In this document: positions 9,900 through 19,962 of the stretch, piece by piece
Layout: every line of letters begins with the position of its first letter
How positions within the stretch are numbered: the first letter of the stretch is position 1
Notes under the pieces: generated by a model
What the model saw: only the letters and a program-made list of their open reading frames with translations
Database searches by the model: none
Told to the model about the DNA's origin: nothing
Source: an uncultured Actinomycetes bacterium
GTDB lineage: Bacteria > Actinomycetota > Thermoleophilia > UBA2241
Reading direction: 5' to 3'
DNA length: 64,000 bases
NCBI GenBank assembly: GCA_963725665.1
Contig: CAVRZA010000002.1
Coordinates: 448,001-512,000 of the forward strand
Position numbers and translations under genes: made by a program

Positions 9900-10523
9900 T
9901 TGTCGGAGACGAAAGGCAGGTACGTGGCTCAACCCAACGAGATCTACGACAAGTACCTGACCCGTGCCATCTCGGAGATCAACGAGCTCACGGGGGAGAT
10001 GCTGCGCTGCCGCATGTGCGCGCACTCCAAGACGATGCCCGTGATCGGCTCCGGCCATCCCCTGGCCGACATCATGCTCCTCAAGTACCAGGCTCAGCCC
10101 AGCGAGTGCCACGAGGGGGTGGCGTTCTTCGGCCGGGCCGGCACCGCGGTGATGAAGAGCTGTCAGCGGCTCGCCATCGACCCCCTGCAGCTCTATGGGA
10201 CCAACGTCGTCAAGTGCGGCAGCGTGCACGAACAGGCCCGTGCCGTCTGTCTCGATTTCCTGCGCCGCGAGATCGGCATCGTGGGACCGAAGATCATCGT
10301 AGCCATGGGGGAGCAGGTGGTCGCCGCGCTGAACGAGCTCGCCCTGCCGATGGCCAAGCCCCTCGAGTACGACTCCGGCGAGATCGTCGAGATCACGCCG
10401 GGCACGGACGTGCTCTTCACGCCCGACATCGACGAGTCCCTCGACGAGCAGCGTCAGAAGGCGGGGTTCTGGCAGGCGTTCCGCCGCCTCGGCGAGTGGT
10501 ACGAGGCGATACCGCCGTACTGA
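9900..10523 (+). CDS. Uracil-DNA glycosylase family 4-like protein (divergent)
   Basis: CRMC, GVAFFGRAG, TNVVKC, CLDFLRREIGIVGPKIIVAMG; GEAPG motif not conserved. Confidence 0.7.
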   Translation: MSETKGRYVAQPNEIYDKYLTRAISEINELTGEMLRCRMCAHSKTMPVIGSGHPLADIMLLKYQAQPSECHEGVAFFGRAGTAVMKSCQRLAIDPLQLYGTNVVKCGSVHEQARAVCLDFLRREIGIVGPKIIVAMGEQVVAALNELALPMAKPLEYDSGEIVEITPGTDVLFTPDIDESLDEQRQKAGFWQAFRRLGEWYEAIPPY

Positions 10524-10525
10524 CC

Positions 10526-11254
10526 GTGGAAGGCGGCCCGCGACGCCTCGGCGCGGCCCTCGCCGGCGGCGCGGCCCTCGCTCTCTTCACTGCCTTCAGC
10601 AGTCTCGCGCCGGCGATCCATCCCCTGCGCCTCGACATCGTCGTGTCGCTGGCCGTCACGCTGTCACTGCTGGCCGTGTTCCTCTGCGGTCTTGCGCCGC
10701 TCAGGACGCTGGGGCACCGTCTCCTTCTCATCGCCCTCGTGGCCTTGGCGGCCGCTCTGGTTCTGACCTACGTGGATTGGCTGCCCGGCGCCAACGTCGC
10801 CAAGGCAGTGTTCGCGGCGAGCGTCGGGCTGTGGCTGGCGGCGCAGATCGAGAATCTGGCCGTCTTCGTCGTCGTCGCCGTGCTCGCGGCGCTCGTCGAC
10901 AGCTTCAGCGTTCTCACCGCCGCCGGACCGACGCATACCCTGCTCACGGAGCATCCGCACGTCGTGGGGTACTTCGCCGTGGCCATGGTGTGGTTCGGCT
11001 ACAGCTACCGTGACGCTTTCTCGGCCATCGGCACCAGCGATCTGATCTTCTTCAGCCTCTATCTCGGGGCGGTTCTGCAGTTCAAGCTGCGCGTGACGCT
11101 GACCGTCGTCGCCATGACGGCCTCATTCCTTCTGACTGTGGTGCTGGCGCTCTGGACGTGGGCGCTGCCCGCCCTACCGCTACTCTCGGCGGCGTTCTTG
11201 CTCGCCAACGCGGACCTGCTGTGGCGCCGGTGGGGGGAGCGCGCCCCGCAGTAG
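10526..11254 (+). CDS. Multi-pass membrane protein, presenilin/signal-peptide-peptidase-like
   Basis: Hydrophobic helices with LVDSFSV, IGTSDLIF and LPALPLL (YD/GxGD/PAL-like order). Confidence 0.6.
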   Translation: MEGGPRRLGAALAGGAALALFTAFSSLAPAIHPLRLDIVVSLAVTLSLLAVFLCGLAPLRTLGHRLLLIALVALAAALVLTYVDWLPGANVAKAVFAASVGLWLAAQIENLAVFVVVAVLAALVDSFSVLTAAGPTHTLLTEHPHVVGYFAVAMVWFGYSYRDAFSAIGTSDLIFFSLYLGAVLQFKLRVTLTVVAMTASFLLTVVLALWTWALPALPLLSAAFLLANADLLWRRWGERAPQ

Positions 11255-11277
11255 CCTCGGCCCGCCGGCCGCACCGG

Positions 11278-12696
11278 CTATTCGATCTCGAAGAGGGCCA
11301 CCGTCTCTATGTGGTGCGTCTGCGGGAACATGTCGACGGGCGCTACGCGTTTGAGACGGTAGCCGAGGGTCTTGAGTTGCGCGGCGTTCGCCGCCAGTGT
11401 GGTCGGGTTGCATGAGACGTAGACGATACGGGCGGCGCCGAGCAGCGCCATGCGCTCTACAGCCTTCTTGCTCATGCCGGCGCGGGGAGGATCGGTGAGG
11501 ACGACCTCAGGCCGACCTGCGGGGAGCGCGACCTGCCCCTGCGCGCCCGTGAAGGCGGGCAGGGGCAGGTCGCGCTCCCCGCCCTCGACCAGCGGCTTGA
11601 GCAGCTTGCGCACGTCACCGCCCGCGAAGGCCGCGTTCGCGACGCCGTTCAGGCGCGCGTTCTCCACGGCCGCCTGCACGGCCTCCTCCTGGATCTCGAG
11701 TCCATACACCCAGCCGGCATGGCGGGCGAGGAGCAGCGAGATCGCGCCGATGCCGCAGTAGAGGTCGAGGACGGTGGTGCCGGTGAGAGGCTGCGCCAGG
11801 CGCAGGGCCGTCTCGTAGAGCAGCGAGCACATGGCGCTGTTTGTCTGCAGAAAGCCGGTCGCCGGCACGCGCAGCGGCACGCCCGCGAGTTCTTCGTGAA
11901 GGTAGGGCGGTCCGCTGACCATGAACGGCCCGACACCGACGGCGGCGTCGGCGCGCGACTCGTTGACGGTCACGGCGAACGACGAGTACGGCTGCAGCTC
12001 GCCGACCCGCGCCGCCAGCTCCTCCTCCTGAGGGAAGCGCTCGCTGACGTAGAGGTTCAGCAGGAGGTCGTTGCCGGCGGACCCGGTGCGCACGACGAGG
12101 TGACGCAGCAGGCCTTCGTGCGTGAGCTGTGAGTACGGGGGGAGGCCGAGGGCGCGGCAGGCGGTGGCCACCGCCTGCCGCGCCCGGTTCACCTCAGGCG
12201 GCGCGAGCCAGCAGTCTTCGATCTCAATGATCTCGCGCCACGAGCCCCGCTTGTGCAGGCCCAGCAGCAGGCGGCCGCTCTCGTCGCTGCCGAAGGAGTA
12301 CTCCATCTTGTTGCGGTAGCGCCAGGGCCGCGCCATGCCACGTATTGGCTCCACCTCGAAGCCGCTGAGGCCGCCGATGTGCTCCAACGACTCGACGACC
12401 TGACGCTGCTTGAAGTCGAGCTGGGCGCCGTAGTCGAGTGTCTGCCACTCGCAGCCACCACAGCCGTCTTCGTGTCCGCACGCCGGCGGTACGCGCAGGG
12501 TGGACGGGGCGACGATCTCGAGCAGGCGCGCCTCGGCGTAGCTGCGCTTGCGTTTCACGACCTGAGCGCGCACGCGGTCGCCGGGCACGGCGCGGCGCAC
12601 GAAGACTACGAAGTCGTCGATGCGACCGACGCCCTGCCCGCCGTAGGCGAGGCCGTCGATGGCCAGCTCGATGATCTCTCCGGCGTGGGGCGGCAC
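11278..12696 (-). CDS. rlmD: 23S rRNA (uracil-C5)-methyltransferase with TRAM domain
   Basis: CGGCEWQ Fe-S, YRNKMEY, DLYCGIG, DPPRAG, YVSCNPTTLA, DMFPQTHHIE. Confidence 0.95.
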   Translation of the reverse strand: MPPHAGEIIELAIDGLAYGGQGVGRIDDFVVFVRRAVPGDRVRAQVVKRKRSYAEARLLEIVAPSTLRVPPACGHEDGCGGCEWQTLDYGAQLDFKQRQVVESLEHIGGLSGFEVEPIRGMARPWRYRNKMEYSFGSDESGRLLLGLHKRGSWREIIEIEDCWLAPPEVNRARQAVATACRALGLPPYSQLTHEGLLRHLVVRTGSAGNDLLLNLYVSERFPQEEELAARVGELQPYSSFAVTVNESRADAAVGVGPFMVSGPPYLHEELAGVPLRVPATGFLQTNSAMCSLLYETALRLAQPLTGTTVLDLYCGIGAISLLLARHAGWVYGLEIQEEAVQAAVENARLNGVANAAFAGGDVRKLLKPLVEGGERDLPLPAFTGAQGQVALPAGRPEVVLTDPPRAGMSKKAVERMALLGAARIVYVSCNPTTLAANAAQLKTLGYRLKRVAPVDMFPQTHHIETVALFEIE

Positions 12697-12858
12697 GTCG
12701 GGGAGTGTACCCTGCGACGGCCCGTGAGGCGCTACGCGATTGTCACCCTACATTGCCGGATGCAGGTCCCGCCGGCGGGAACGGAGTCTGGTAGAGTGCG
12801 GGCGCCTTCCGGCGCAGAGGGAGGGAGGCGGCACTGACCGGCGGACGAAGGAGACCCC

Positions 12859-14358
12859 TTGACCGACCTCGACCTCGAGTCCTACCGACGCCGCGCCGAA
12901 GAGTTCGTCGGCGAGCTCGACAAGGAACACTACCTGCACTACGCCGGCCTCAATCCCGAGGCCAACTTCGCCGCCGTCTACGACCGCTACCCGGAGCTCT
13001 TCACGGCCGAGGCAGTGAAGGAGCTCGACCGCCTCTACGCCGTCAGCGAGGGCGACGAGAAGAAGCGTCTCGCTTACCTTCTCGAGCTCACCGTGGCCGG
13101 CTTCTTCGGCGCCGAGACCAAGGAGCTGAGCGACGAGATCGCCAATACCGAGGCGCAGGCCAAGGTCGAGATCGACGGGGAGTCGGTGCCCTACCGCTAC
13201 TCGAGCGTCGTACAGGCCAACGAGGCCGATCGAGAGCGGCGCCTGCGCATCCACACGGCGCGGCTCGACGTGGTCGCGGACGCCTTCAACCCCTTGTACG
13301 ACGACCTCTGGCGCCGCTCACACGCGTTGGCTCAGGATCTCGGCTACGACGACTATGAGTCGCTCTTCTCGGAGATCAAAGGCATCGACTACGGGCTTCT
13401 GCGTGGCCAGACCGACGCGCTGCTGCAGGACACCGAGGGCGTCTACCAGCGCTCGCTCGACAGGCTGGTCGAAGCCAAGATGGGTCTCACGCTCAAAGAG
13501 CTCCACGTCGCCGACCTGCCGTATCTCATGCGCGCCCCCGAGTACGACGCGGTCTTCGCCGCCGACCGTCTCGTGCCCACCTTCTCCAATCTGCTTGCCG
13601 ACATGGGTATCGACCTCGCGGCGCAGACGAACGTGCACCTCGACGCCGAGCCGCGCGAGCTCAAGACGCCGCGCGCCTTCTGCGCGCCCGTGCGCGTGCC
13701 CGGCGAGATCTACCTTGTCGTGATGCCCAAGGGCGGCCAGGACGACTTCCAGGCGCTGCTGCACGAGGGCGGACACACGGAGCACTTCGCCCACGCGCGG
13801 CCGGAGCTCGCCTTCGAGTACCGGCATCTCGGCGACATGGCCGTCACCGAGGGCTACGCCTTCATCATGGACCACCTCGTCCTGAACCCGCGTTGGCTGG
13901 AGCGCTACCTCGACTTCGTCGACTCCTCCGAGTTCATCACGTTCGCCACCGTCGTCGATCTCTTCTTCCTGCGCCGCTACTGCGGCAAGCTCGCCTACGA
14001 GACCGAGCTGCACAAGGAGACCGGCAGCCTAGACGGCATGGCCAGGGTCTACGGCGAGCGTCTCTCAGAGGCGCTGCTGATCGACGTGCCGCCCGAGAGC
14101 TACCTGGTCGACGTGGATCCCGGCTTCTACGCCGGCGACTATCTGCGCGCGTGGATGTTCGAGGGTGCTTTCCGCATGATGCTGCAGGACCGCTACGGCA
14201 TGGAGTGGTTCCGCGACCCCGCCGGCTGCGCCTGGCTGAAGGGGCTCTGGTCGAAGGGAGCCGAGTTCGGCGCCGAGCGGCTGACGCTGATGTGCGGGGG
14301 CGGAAAGCTCGACTTCCATCCCTTGCAGCACCTCATCGAGCGCAATCTGGGGCGCTGA
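12859..14358 (+). CDS. Putative zinc metallopeptidase (M3/M32-like)
   Basis: KTPRAFCAP, HEGGH (HExxH), downstream AVTEGYA; TTG with AAGGAG RBS. Confidence 0.65.
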   Translation: MTDLDLESYRRRAEEFVGELDKEHYLHYAGLNPEANFAAVYDRYPELFTAEAVKELDRLYAVSEGDEKKRLAYLLELTVAGFFGAETKELSDEIANTEAQAKVEIDGESVPYRYSSVVQANEADRERRLRIHTARLDVVADAFNPLYDDLWRRSHALAQDLGYDDYESLFSEIKGIDYGLLRGQTDALLQDTEGVYQRSLDRLVEAKMGLTLKELHVADLPYLMRAPEYDAVFAADRLVPTFSNLLADMGIDLAAQTNVHLDAEPRELKTPRAFCAPVRVPGEIYLVVMPKGGQDDFQALLHEGGHTEHFAHARPELAFEYRHLGDMAVTEGYAFIMDHLVLNPRWLERYLDFVDSSEFITFATVVDLFFLRRYCGKLAYETELHKETGSLDGMARVYGERLSEALLIDVPPESYLVDVDPGFYAGDYLRAWMFEGAFRMMLQDRYGMEWFRDPAGCAWLKGLWSKGAEFGAERLTLMCGGGKLDFHPLQHLIERNLGR

Positions 14359-14389
14359 GACGCGCCCCTTGACGGCGCCGCCCGAGCCT

Positions 14390-14785
14390 TCAGTCGTTCA
14401 GCATCCGCACTACGAGGCGCCGCCGGCGCGGACCGTCGAACTCGGCGAAGAAGATACCCTGCCAGGTGCCCAGGGCGAGGCTGCCGCCTTCGACGGGCAC
14501 GACGACGCTCGAGCCGACGAGGCTCGCCTTCACGTGCGCGTCGGCGTTGCCCTCCCGATGGCTGAAGGGCAGGTCGGCAGGCACGAGCCGTTCGAGGGCG
14601 GTCTGCATGTCGCGACACACCGACGGGTCGGCGTTCTCGTTGATGGTCACGCCCGCCGTCGTGTGAGGTACGTAGACGAGCACGGCGCCACGGCGCACCC
14701 CGCTCGCCGCGACCTCGCGCGCGACCTGTCCGGTCACGTCGACGAACTGCACCCGCTCGTGCGTCTCGATGTGCAGCACGACCAT
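14390..14785 (-). CDS. yjbQ: YjbQ/UPF0047 family protein
   Basis: VPHTTAGVTINENADPSV, HREGNADAHVKASL, LGTWQGIFFAEFDGPR. Confidence 0.93.
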   Translation of the reverse strand: MVVLHIETHERVQFVDVTGQVAREVAASGVRRGAVLVYVPHTTAGVTINENADPSVCRDMQTALERLVPADLPFSHREGNADAHVKASLVGSSVVVPVEGGSLALGTWQGIFFAEFDGPRRRRLVVRMLND

Positions 14786-14793
14786 CTCGCCTC

Positions 14794-15445
14794 CTAGAAG
14801 AGCCCGAAGCGGCGCTTCCTGCCGCTCTCGCGCACGCCGGGGCTGACTGTGCCGAGCTTGAGCGCCGTCACGACGTCCGCCGTGGACTTCACGATACCGG
14901 GGATCTCGGTGTAGCAGGCCATGATGTCCGCGGGGCGGTGCGCGTCGCTCCCGCCCGTGGTCGGCAGATCGAGCTCGCCAGGCGATGCGTCGGGCCTCGC
15001 TGACGTAGCGGCGGTCGAGCCAGGCGCCGTTGTAGAGCTCGACGGCGTCGACCACGGGCGCGACCGTCTGGTCGAGCGATTTGTAGTAGGCGGCGAGGCT
15101 GCGTCCGCCGCCGCCCGCCGGATGCACCCAGACCACGGCGGCGTGGGGCGGGATCTCCTGCGGGCGGGGCAGGTCCTGCACGGCGCGCAGACCGGACAGG
15201 TATCCGAGGTCGGGGCTGAAGATCACGTAGTCACCGAACATCGTCGAGATCTCGACACCGTGGATGAGGACCACGCCGATGTCGGCCAGGGGCCCTTCGA
15301 GCTCGCGGTTGTCGTCGATGTTGCCGTGGTTCGTCAGGGCGATCGACTCGAGGCCCAGATCGCGGCAGCGCGCGACGAAGTCCTGGAGCGAGGTGACGGA
15401 GCAGCTGGAGGCCGGGTAGGTGTGCGTGTGCAGGTCGATCTTCAC
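14794..15445 (-). CDS. PHP-domain phosphoesterase (one frameshift near 14980)
   Basis: DLHTHT, LTNHG, VHP; the GGSDAH motif follows in the shifted frame to TAG at 14794. Confidence 0.8.
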
Positions 15446-15588
15446 GGCCACGAGTATACACGCTGCCCCCGCGGTCGCCGGGCGTGTCCGAGGCGAGGCG
15501 CCGGCCATCCGGCGCCGCGCCTCGGACACCCCTGGCGTCGCCTTAAGGCAAAGGGGGAGAAGCGCCGATAAGAGAGCCGGAGGCTCTC

Positions 15589-16596
15589 GTGCAAGGTACA
15601 CTCGACACCTTTAGCGTCGCAGAGGTCTTGCAGATGCTCAGCAAGGCCCGGCGTTCGGGCACGCTGCACATCGAGTGCCCGGAGCGTCTGATCGACATCC
15701 ACTTCGTGCACGGCCACATCGCCGAGGCGCGCGATTCGACGCGCGTGTTCACCGACACGGTGCTGGGCAGCCAGCTTCTCAAGCGCTCGTTCGTGAACGA
15801 GGCGCAGCTCAGCGAGGCCCTGGAGGAGCAGGAGCACAAGCCGAAGCCGCTGGGCACGATCCTGGTCGAGAAGGGCTTCTTGCAGGAGCGTGAGCTGCGA
15901 GAGGTGCTGTCGCGCCAGGTGGCCAACACGCTCGTTGCCGCTAAGGCGGCCGGGAGCGGTACGTTCATGTTCGTCGCCGAAGCGACCCGCAAGCCCGTCG
16001 ACTGCATCACCGTCGACACGCACGCCGTGCTCATGGAGATCTCGTCGGTGGGCGGCGACTACCTGCTCGCCTTCGAGGTCCTCGGGCAGGCCAACACCGT
16101 CCTCATGCGCAACCACGACTACGAGACCCTTCCGCGGCACTCGATAACGATGGGGCGCGACGAGTTCTACGTCCTCGCTCAGGTCGACGACCGCCGGACG
16201 GTCACCGAGATCGCCAAGTCGGTCATGCTCGAAGAGATCACCGTGGTCAGCGTTCTCGGCAAGCTGTGCGAGGCGGGAGTGCTGCTGGCCAAGGCCGAGA
16301 AGCAGACCCGCGCCGAGGACGACGCCGAGCTGCGCGCCCATCGCGACAGCGTGTGGGCCGAGGTCAACCAGATCTTCGACGGTCTTGGTTTCGGCGAAGC
16401 CGATGAGGCGCCGGCCAAGGGGCGCGCGACGCTGCGGGCGGAGGTCACCCCTGAGGGCGTGGGCGACGCCGGCGCGCGCGGGGCACCGGACGGCGCCGGC
16501 GGGGACGCCGACGGGGCGTTCCTCGAAGGTCTGGTCGGGGAGGACGCCGCCGGGCTTCTGAGGGAGCAGCTCGACTGGGCCGACCCCAAGACCTGA
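15589..16596 (+). CDS. DUF4388-domain protein
   Basis: QGTLDTFSVAEVLQML...SGTL N-terminus, LGTILVEKG repeat, C-terminal winged-helix-like segment. Confidence 0.75.
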   Translation: MQGTLDTFSVAEVLQMLSKARRSGTLHIECPERLIDIHFVHGHIAEARDSTRVFTDTVLGSQLLKRSFVNEAQLSEALEEQEHKPKPLGTILVEKGFLQERELREVLSRQVANTLVAAKAAGSGTFMFVAEATRKPVDCITVDTHAVLMEISSVGGDYLLAFEVLGQANTVLMRNHDYETLPRHSITMGRDEFYVLAQVDDRRTVTEIAKSVMLEEITVVSVLGKLCEAGVLLAKAEKQTRAEDDAELRAHRDSVWAEVNQIFDGLGFGEADEAPAKGRATLRAEVTPEGVGDAGARGAPDGAGGDADGAFLEGLVGEDAAGLLREQLDWADPKT

Positions 16597-16623
16597 TCCC
16601 CGGGCGAATACGGGCCAAGCACG

Positions 16624-16669
16624 TGTGACGGCGCCGGCGGCCTCCGCGGAGGCCGCCGGCGCCGTCACA
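16624..16669. terminator. Perfect 46-bp palindrome between convergent genes (bidirectional terminator-like)
   Basis: tgtgacggcgccggcggcctccg followed directly by its reverse complement. Confidence 0.75.
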
Positions 16670-16693
16670 ATCTCCCTTGTGGTCGGCCTCCCG

Positions 16694-18082
16694 TTACGAG
16701 GTCACGTCGCGCACGAGGTCTTCGAAGGCGCCGACGTAGCGATCGATGTCCTGGTCGGTGTGCTGGATGGAGAGCGTCCACTCCTCTTCGCGACCAGGAG
16801 CGATGATCACCCCGCGGTTGATGTTGTAGAGCCACGCCAGGGCGACTAGCTCGTGGTCCTGGTACTTGATGAACGACTCGTAGTCCGTGATCTTCCCGCT
16901 GGCGAAGTTGATGCAGCCCTTCGAGCGGATGCCGACCGCGTAGGAGGGGAAGTCGTACTTCGCCGCGATGGCGTCGCACTCGGTGATGAGTCGCTCGTTG
17001 AGATGATCGAGCCAGGCGTAGGCCTCGGGTGTCATGACCTCCTCCAGGCTGGCGCGGGCGGCGGCCATCGAGAGCGGGTTGCCGCTGTAGGTGCCCACCT
17101 GGAAGACGGTGCCGTCCTCGACGACCGACATGACTTCGTCACTGCCACCGATGCCTCCCGAGGGGAGACCGGCCGCGAGAGCCTTGGCCAGCGTCACCAT
17201 GTCGGGCACGACGCCGAAGCGCTCGACGGCACCGCCGGGGGCGGTGCAGATGCCGGTCTTGACCTCGTCGAAGATGAGCACGATGCCGTGCTTCTTGGTG
17301 ATCTCGCGCACGGCTTCGAGGTAGCCGGGCTCAGGGAGCACGACGCCGAGGTTCATCATGGCCGCCTCCATGATGACGCAGGCCGGCTTGCGGCCTTCGG
17401 CGATGAGCCTCTCGATGCGCGCCTCCATCATCGGGGCGTCGTTGAAGGGCACCGGGATGATCATGTCGACGACGGCCTGGGGGATGCCGCCCCCGTAGGG
17501 CAGCGAGGCGTAGTCGTCGCGCGGGCCGATCGTGCCGTAATCGACGGCGCCGATCGAGACCATCGCGTAGTCGTGGTGACCGTGGTAGGAGCCGAAGATC
17601 TTCATCACGGTGTCGCGGCCGGTGTAGGCACGGGCGACGCGCATGGCGTCCATCGTGGCCTCGGAGCCCGAGTTCACGAAGCGCCACTTCGGCAGCTTGA
17701 AGTCCTTGGCCAGTCGCTCGGCGACGATGATGGAGTCCTCAGTCGGCAGCGCGAACTGCGAGCCGAGCTCGATGCGCTTCTGAACCGCCTCGACGATGGC
17801 CGGGTGCGCGTGGCCCTGGACCATGCAGCCGAAGCCATTGTGAAAGTCGCTGATCTCCTGGCCGTCGACACTGTAGATCTTCGAGCCCTTGCCATGGGTG
17901 AAGTAGATGGGGTACGGGTCGCGCGCCTGATAGGTCGAGGCGACTCCCATGGGCATGGACTTCTTGGCTCTCTGGTAGATCTCGTAGGATCTCGGGGTCG
18001 ACTCCTCGAGGCGCTTCTCCTCGCGTTCCATGAGGTCCTGGATGCGTTTGCGCTCGATGCGGACGGGTGCGGTTGATGCCAT
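16694..18082 (-). CDS. Class III PLP aminotransferase (GSA-aminomutase-like)
   Basis: NSGSEATM, YHGHHD, LIFDEVKTG, LAKALAAG, GTYSGNP. Confidence 0.9.
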   Translation of the reverse strand: MASTAPVRIERKRIQDLMEREEKRLEESTPRSYEIYQRAKKSMPMGVASTYQARDPYPIYFTHGKGSKIYSVDGQEISDFHNGFGCMVQGHAHPAIVEAVQKRIELGSQFALPTEDSIIVAERLAKDFKLPKWRFVNSGSEATMDAMRVARAYTGRDTVMKIFGSYHGHHDYAMVSIGAVDYGTIGPRDDYASLPYGGGIPQAVVDMIIPVPFNDAPMMEARIERLIAEGRKPACVIMEAAMMNLGVVLPEPGYLEAVREITKKHGIVLIFDEVKTGICTAPGGAVERFGVVPDMVTLAKALAAGLPSGGIGGSDEVMSVVEDGTVFQVGTYSGNPLSMAAARASLEEVMTPEAYAWLDHLNERLITECDAIAAKYDFPSYAVGIRSKGCINFASGKITDYESFIKYQDHELVALAWLYNINRGVIIAPGREEEWTLSIQHTDQDIDRYVGAFEDLVRDVTS

Positions 18083-18422
18083 GCTCGGTTCACTCCTTCT
18101 GCGTAACGACCTGCTCGATGAGTTGCCGCCAGTCTCTAGGGCCGGTTATCACCCCTTCGGTCGCGCTTGCGCGGCGGGTGCAGGAGGGGGGCGTGAAGGC
18201 GTAGGTCCTGCGACCCCGGCTCATGCCCGCTCGCCAGCATCGTTCGCTAGAGCCGGCGACGGGACGGTGCGTTTGGCGGTCCTATTCTATACGTTCTGAG
18301 GCGGTCGACAAGCGTGATATGCTTCCGAATCGGCAAAGGAGCGACGGCACAGGGATGAGTTTCGTCAGTCCTCGCGACTATGGTTGCCGAATCGGCGAAT
18401 CATCATGCCTGCCGGTATCTCC

Positions 18423-19763
18423 TCATACGGCCACAGCCGCGACGGCCGCCATGGCCTCGTGCGCCGCCGCCAGTGTGCGCTCCACGTCTTCGTCGGTGTG
18501 CACGATCGATGCGAACCAGCGCTCGAAGGGCCCCGGGTGGAAATAGACGCCACGGTCGAGCATCTCGGTCTGGAAGGCCGTGAAACGGGCCGTGTCGAGG
18601 ACCGCGCGCATGGTGCGCGAGTTGTCGATGACGGGATCGTCGGGGGCGTCGTCACGCAAGAAGAGGATCTGCCACAGCGGGCCGAGGCCGAGCACCTTGG
18701 CGCGCACGCCGTGCTCGTCGGCGGCTCGCTGCAGCCCCGCCGACACACGGTTGCCGACCTCGTGAAGGCGTGAGAAGAAGGTGTCCTCGTTGGCGATCAT
18801 CTCGCTCAGGACGACGTTGCTGGCCGCCAGGTTCACCGGCATGGCCGTGTAGGTGCCGCCGTGCATCACCTCGTTCGAGGCCTCGAGTCGCATCACCTCG
18901 CGCGTGCCGCCGAACGCCGCCACGGGAAAGCCGCCGCCGATCGCCTTTGAGTAGCAGGAGATGTCGGGCAGAACGCCGTAGTAGCCCTGGGCGCCGCCGA
19001 GCGCCAGACGGAAGCCCGTCATCACCTCGTCGAAGACGAGCAGGATGCCGTTCTCCGCGGTGATGCGGCGCAAGAAATGCAGCCACTCCGGGTCGACGGG
19101 CAGGATGCCCGAGTTGCACATCTGCGGTTCGCAGAGCACCGCGGCCAGTTCGCCCTTGTGCTTGGCGATGAGGGCCTCGAAGTACTCGGGGCGGTTCCAC
19201 GAGGCGATCACCAGGGTGTCGCCGATCGCCTCCGGGCACCCCAGTGTGAGCGTCGGCTCCGGTTCAGACTCTGGGCCCGCGTTGGCGTGTGCGCCGGAGT
19301 AGCTCACGAAGTGCTCGTCGGACCAGCCGTGGTAGTGCCCCTCGAACTTGACGATCTTGTCCTTGCCCGTGTAGGCGCGCGCGAGGCGCATCGCCGCCAG
19401 CGTCGCCTCGGTACCGGACATGGCGAAGCGGATCATGTCGACGCTGGGGGCCGCCTTCACGATCTTCTCGCCCACCTCGGCGTCGAGTTCGTGGGGGAAC
19501 GTGTACATGCTGCCGCGCTCCTGGAGCTGCTCCACGACCGCGGCGACGATCTTCGGGTGCCGGTGCCCCATGATGAGAGGACCGTAGCCGATACACCAGT
19601 CGATGTACTCGTTGCCGTCGACGTCGAAGATGTGCGAGCCCTCGCCGCGAGCCATGCAGAACCCCGGCCCCTCGGCCAGACGGGCGTAGCTCGACTCACC
19701 TCCGGCGATGGACTGCTCGATGCGCGCGAACAGGGCGTCGGATGCTGTGTGCTGACGAGGCAC
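18423..19763 (-). CDS. Class III PLP aminotransferase (GSA-aminomutase-like), second paralog
   Basis: SGTEAT, KFEGHYHGWSD, FDEVMTGFR, SKAIGGGFP; GTG start with AAGGAGG. Confidence 0.9.
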   Translation of the reverse strand: MPRQHTASDALFARIEQSIAGGESSYARLAEGPGFCMARGEGSHIFDVDGNEYIDWCIGYGPLIMGHRHPKIVAAVVEQLQERGSMYTFPHELDAEVGEKIVKAAPSVDMIRFAMSGTEATLAAMRLARAYTGKDKIVKFEGHYHGWSDEHFVSYSGAHANAGPESEPEPTLTLGCPEAIGDTLVIASWNRPEYFEALIAKHKGELAAVLCEPQMCNSGILPVDPEWLHFLRRITAENGILLVFDEVMTGFRLALGGAQGYYGVLPDISCYSKAIGGGFPVAAFGGTREVMRLEASNEVMHGGTYTAMPVNLAASNVVLSEMIANEDTFFSRLHEVGNRVSAGLQRAADEHGVRAKVLGLGPLWQILFLRDDAPDDPVIDNSRTMRAVLDTARFTAFQTEMLDRGVYFHPGPFERWFASIVHTDEDVERTLAAAHEAMAAVAAVAV

Positions 19764-19876
19764 TGAAACCCCCTCCTTGCTGCCGCGGGGCGGCGGCCTT
19801 GGGACGCGCCTTCGTCCCCCGCGTTCGCTGTGGCTTGCGTCCATCCTATACGGACGCTCTCGAGGCAGGCAAAGAG

Positions 19877-19914
19877 AGCGAGGGGCGGCTCCCTGGCGGG
19901 AGCCGCCCCTCGCT
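19877..19914 (-). terminator. Intrinsic terminator after cytochrome c gene
   Basis: 17-bp stem agcgaggggcggctccc/gggagccgcccctcgct, pyrimidine tail on minus strand. Confidence 0.7.
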
Positions 19915-19962
19915 TGTTCTCGCTCTCCTGAGCGGAGTGCTCAGGCGTTCAGCAGAAGGGTC

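Noticed and set aside
14390-15601. PHP-YjbQ fusion shown in the ORF track
   Set aside because: Caused by a frameshift near 14980; the PHP GGSDAH end and stop lie in another frame, and yjbQ has its own RBS and ATG
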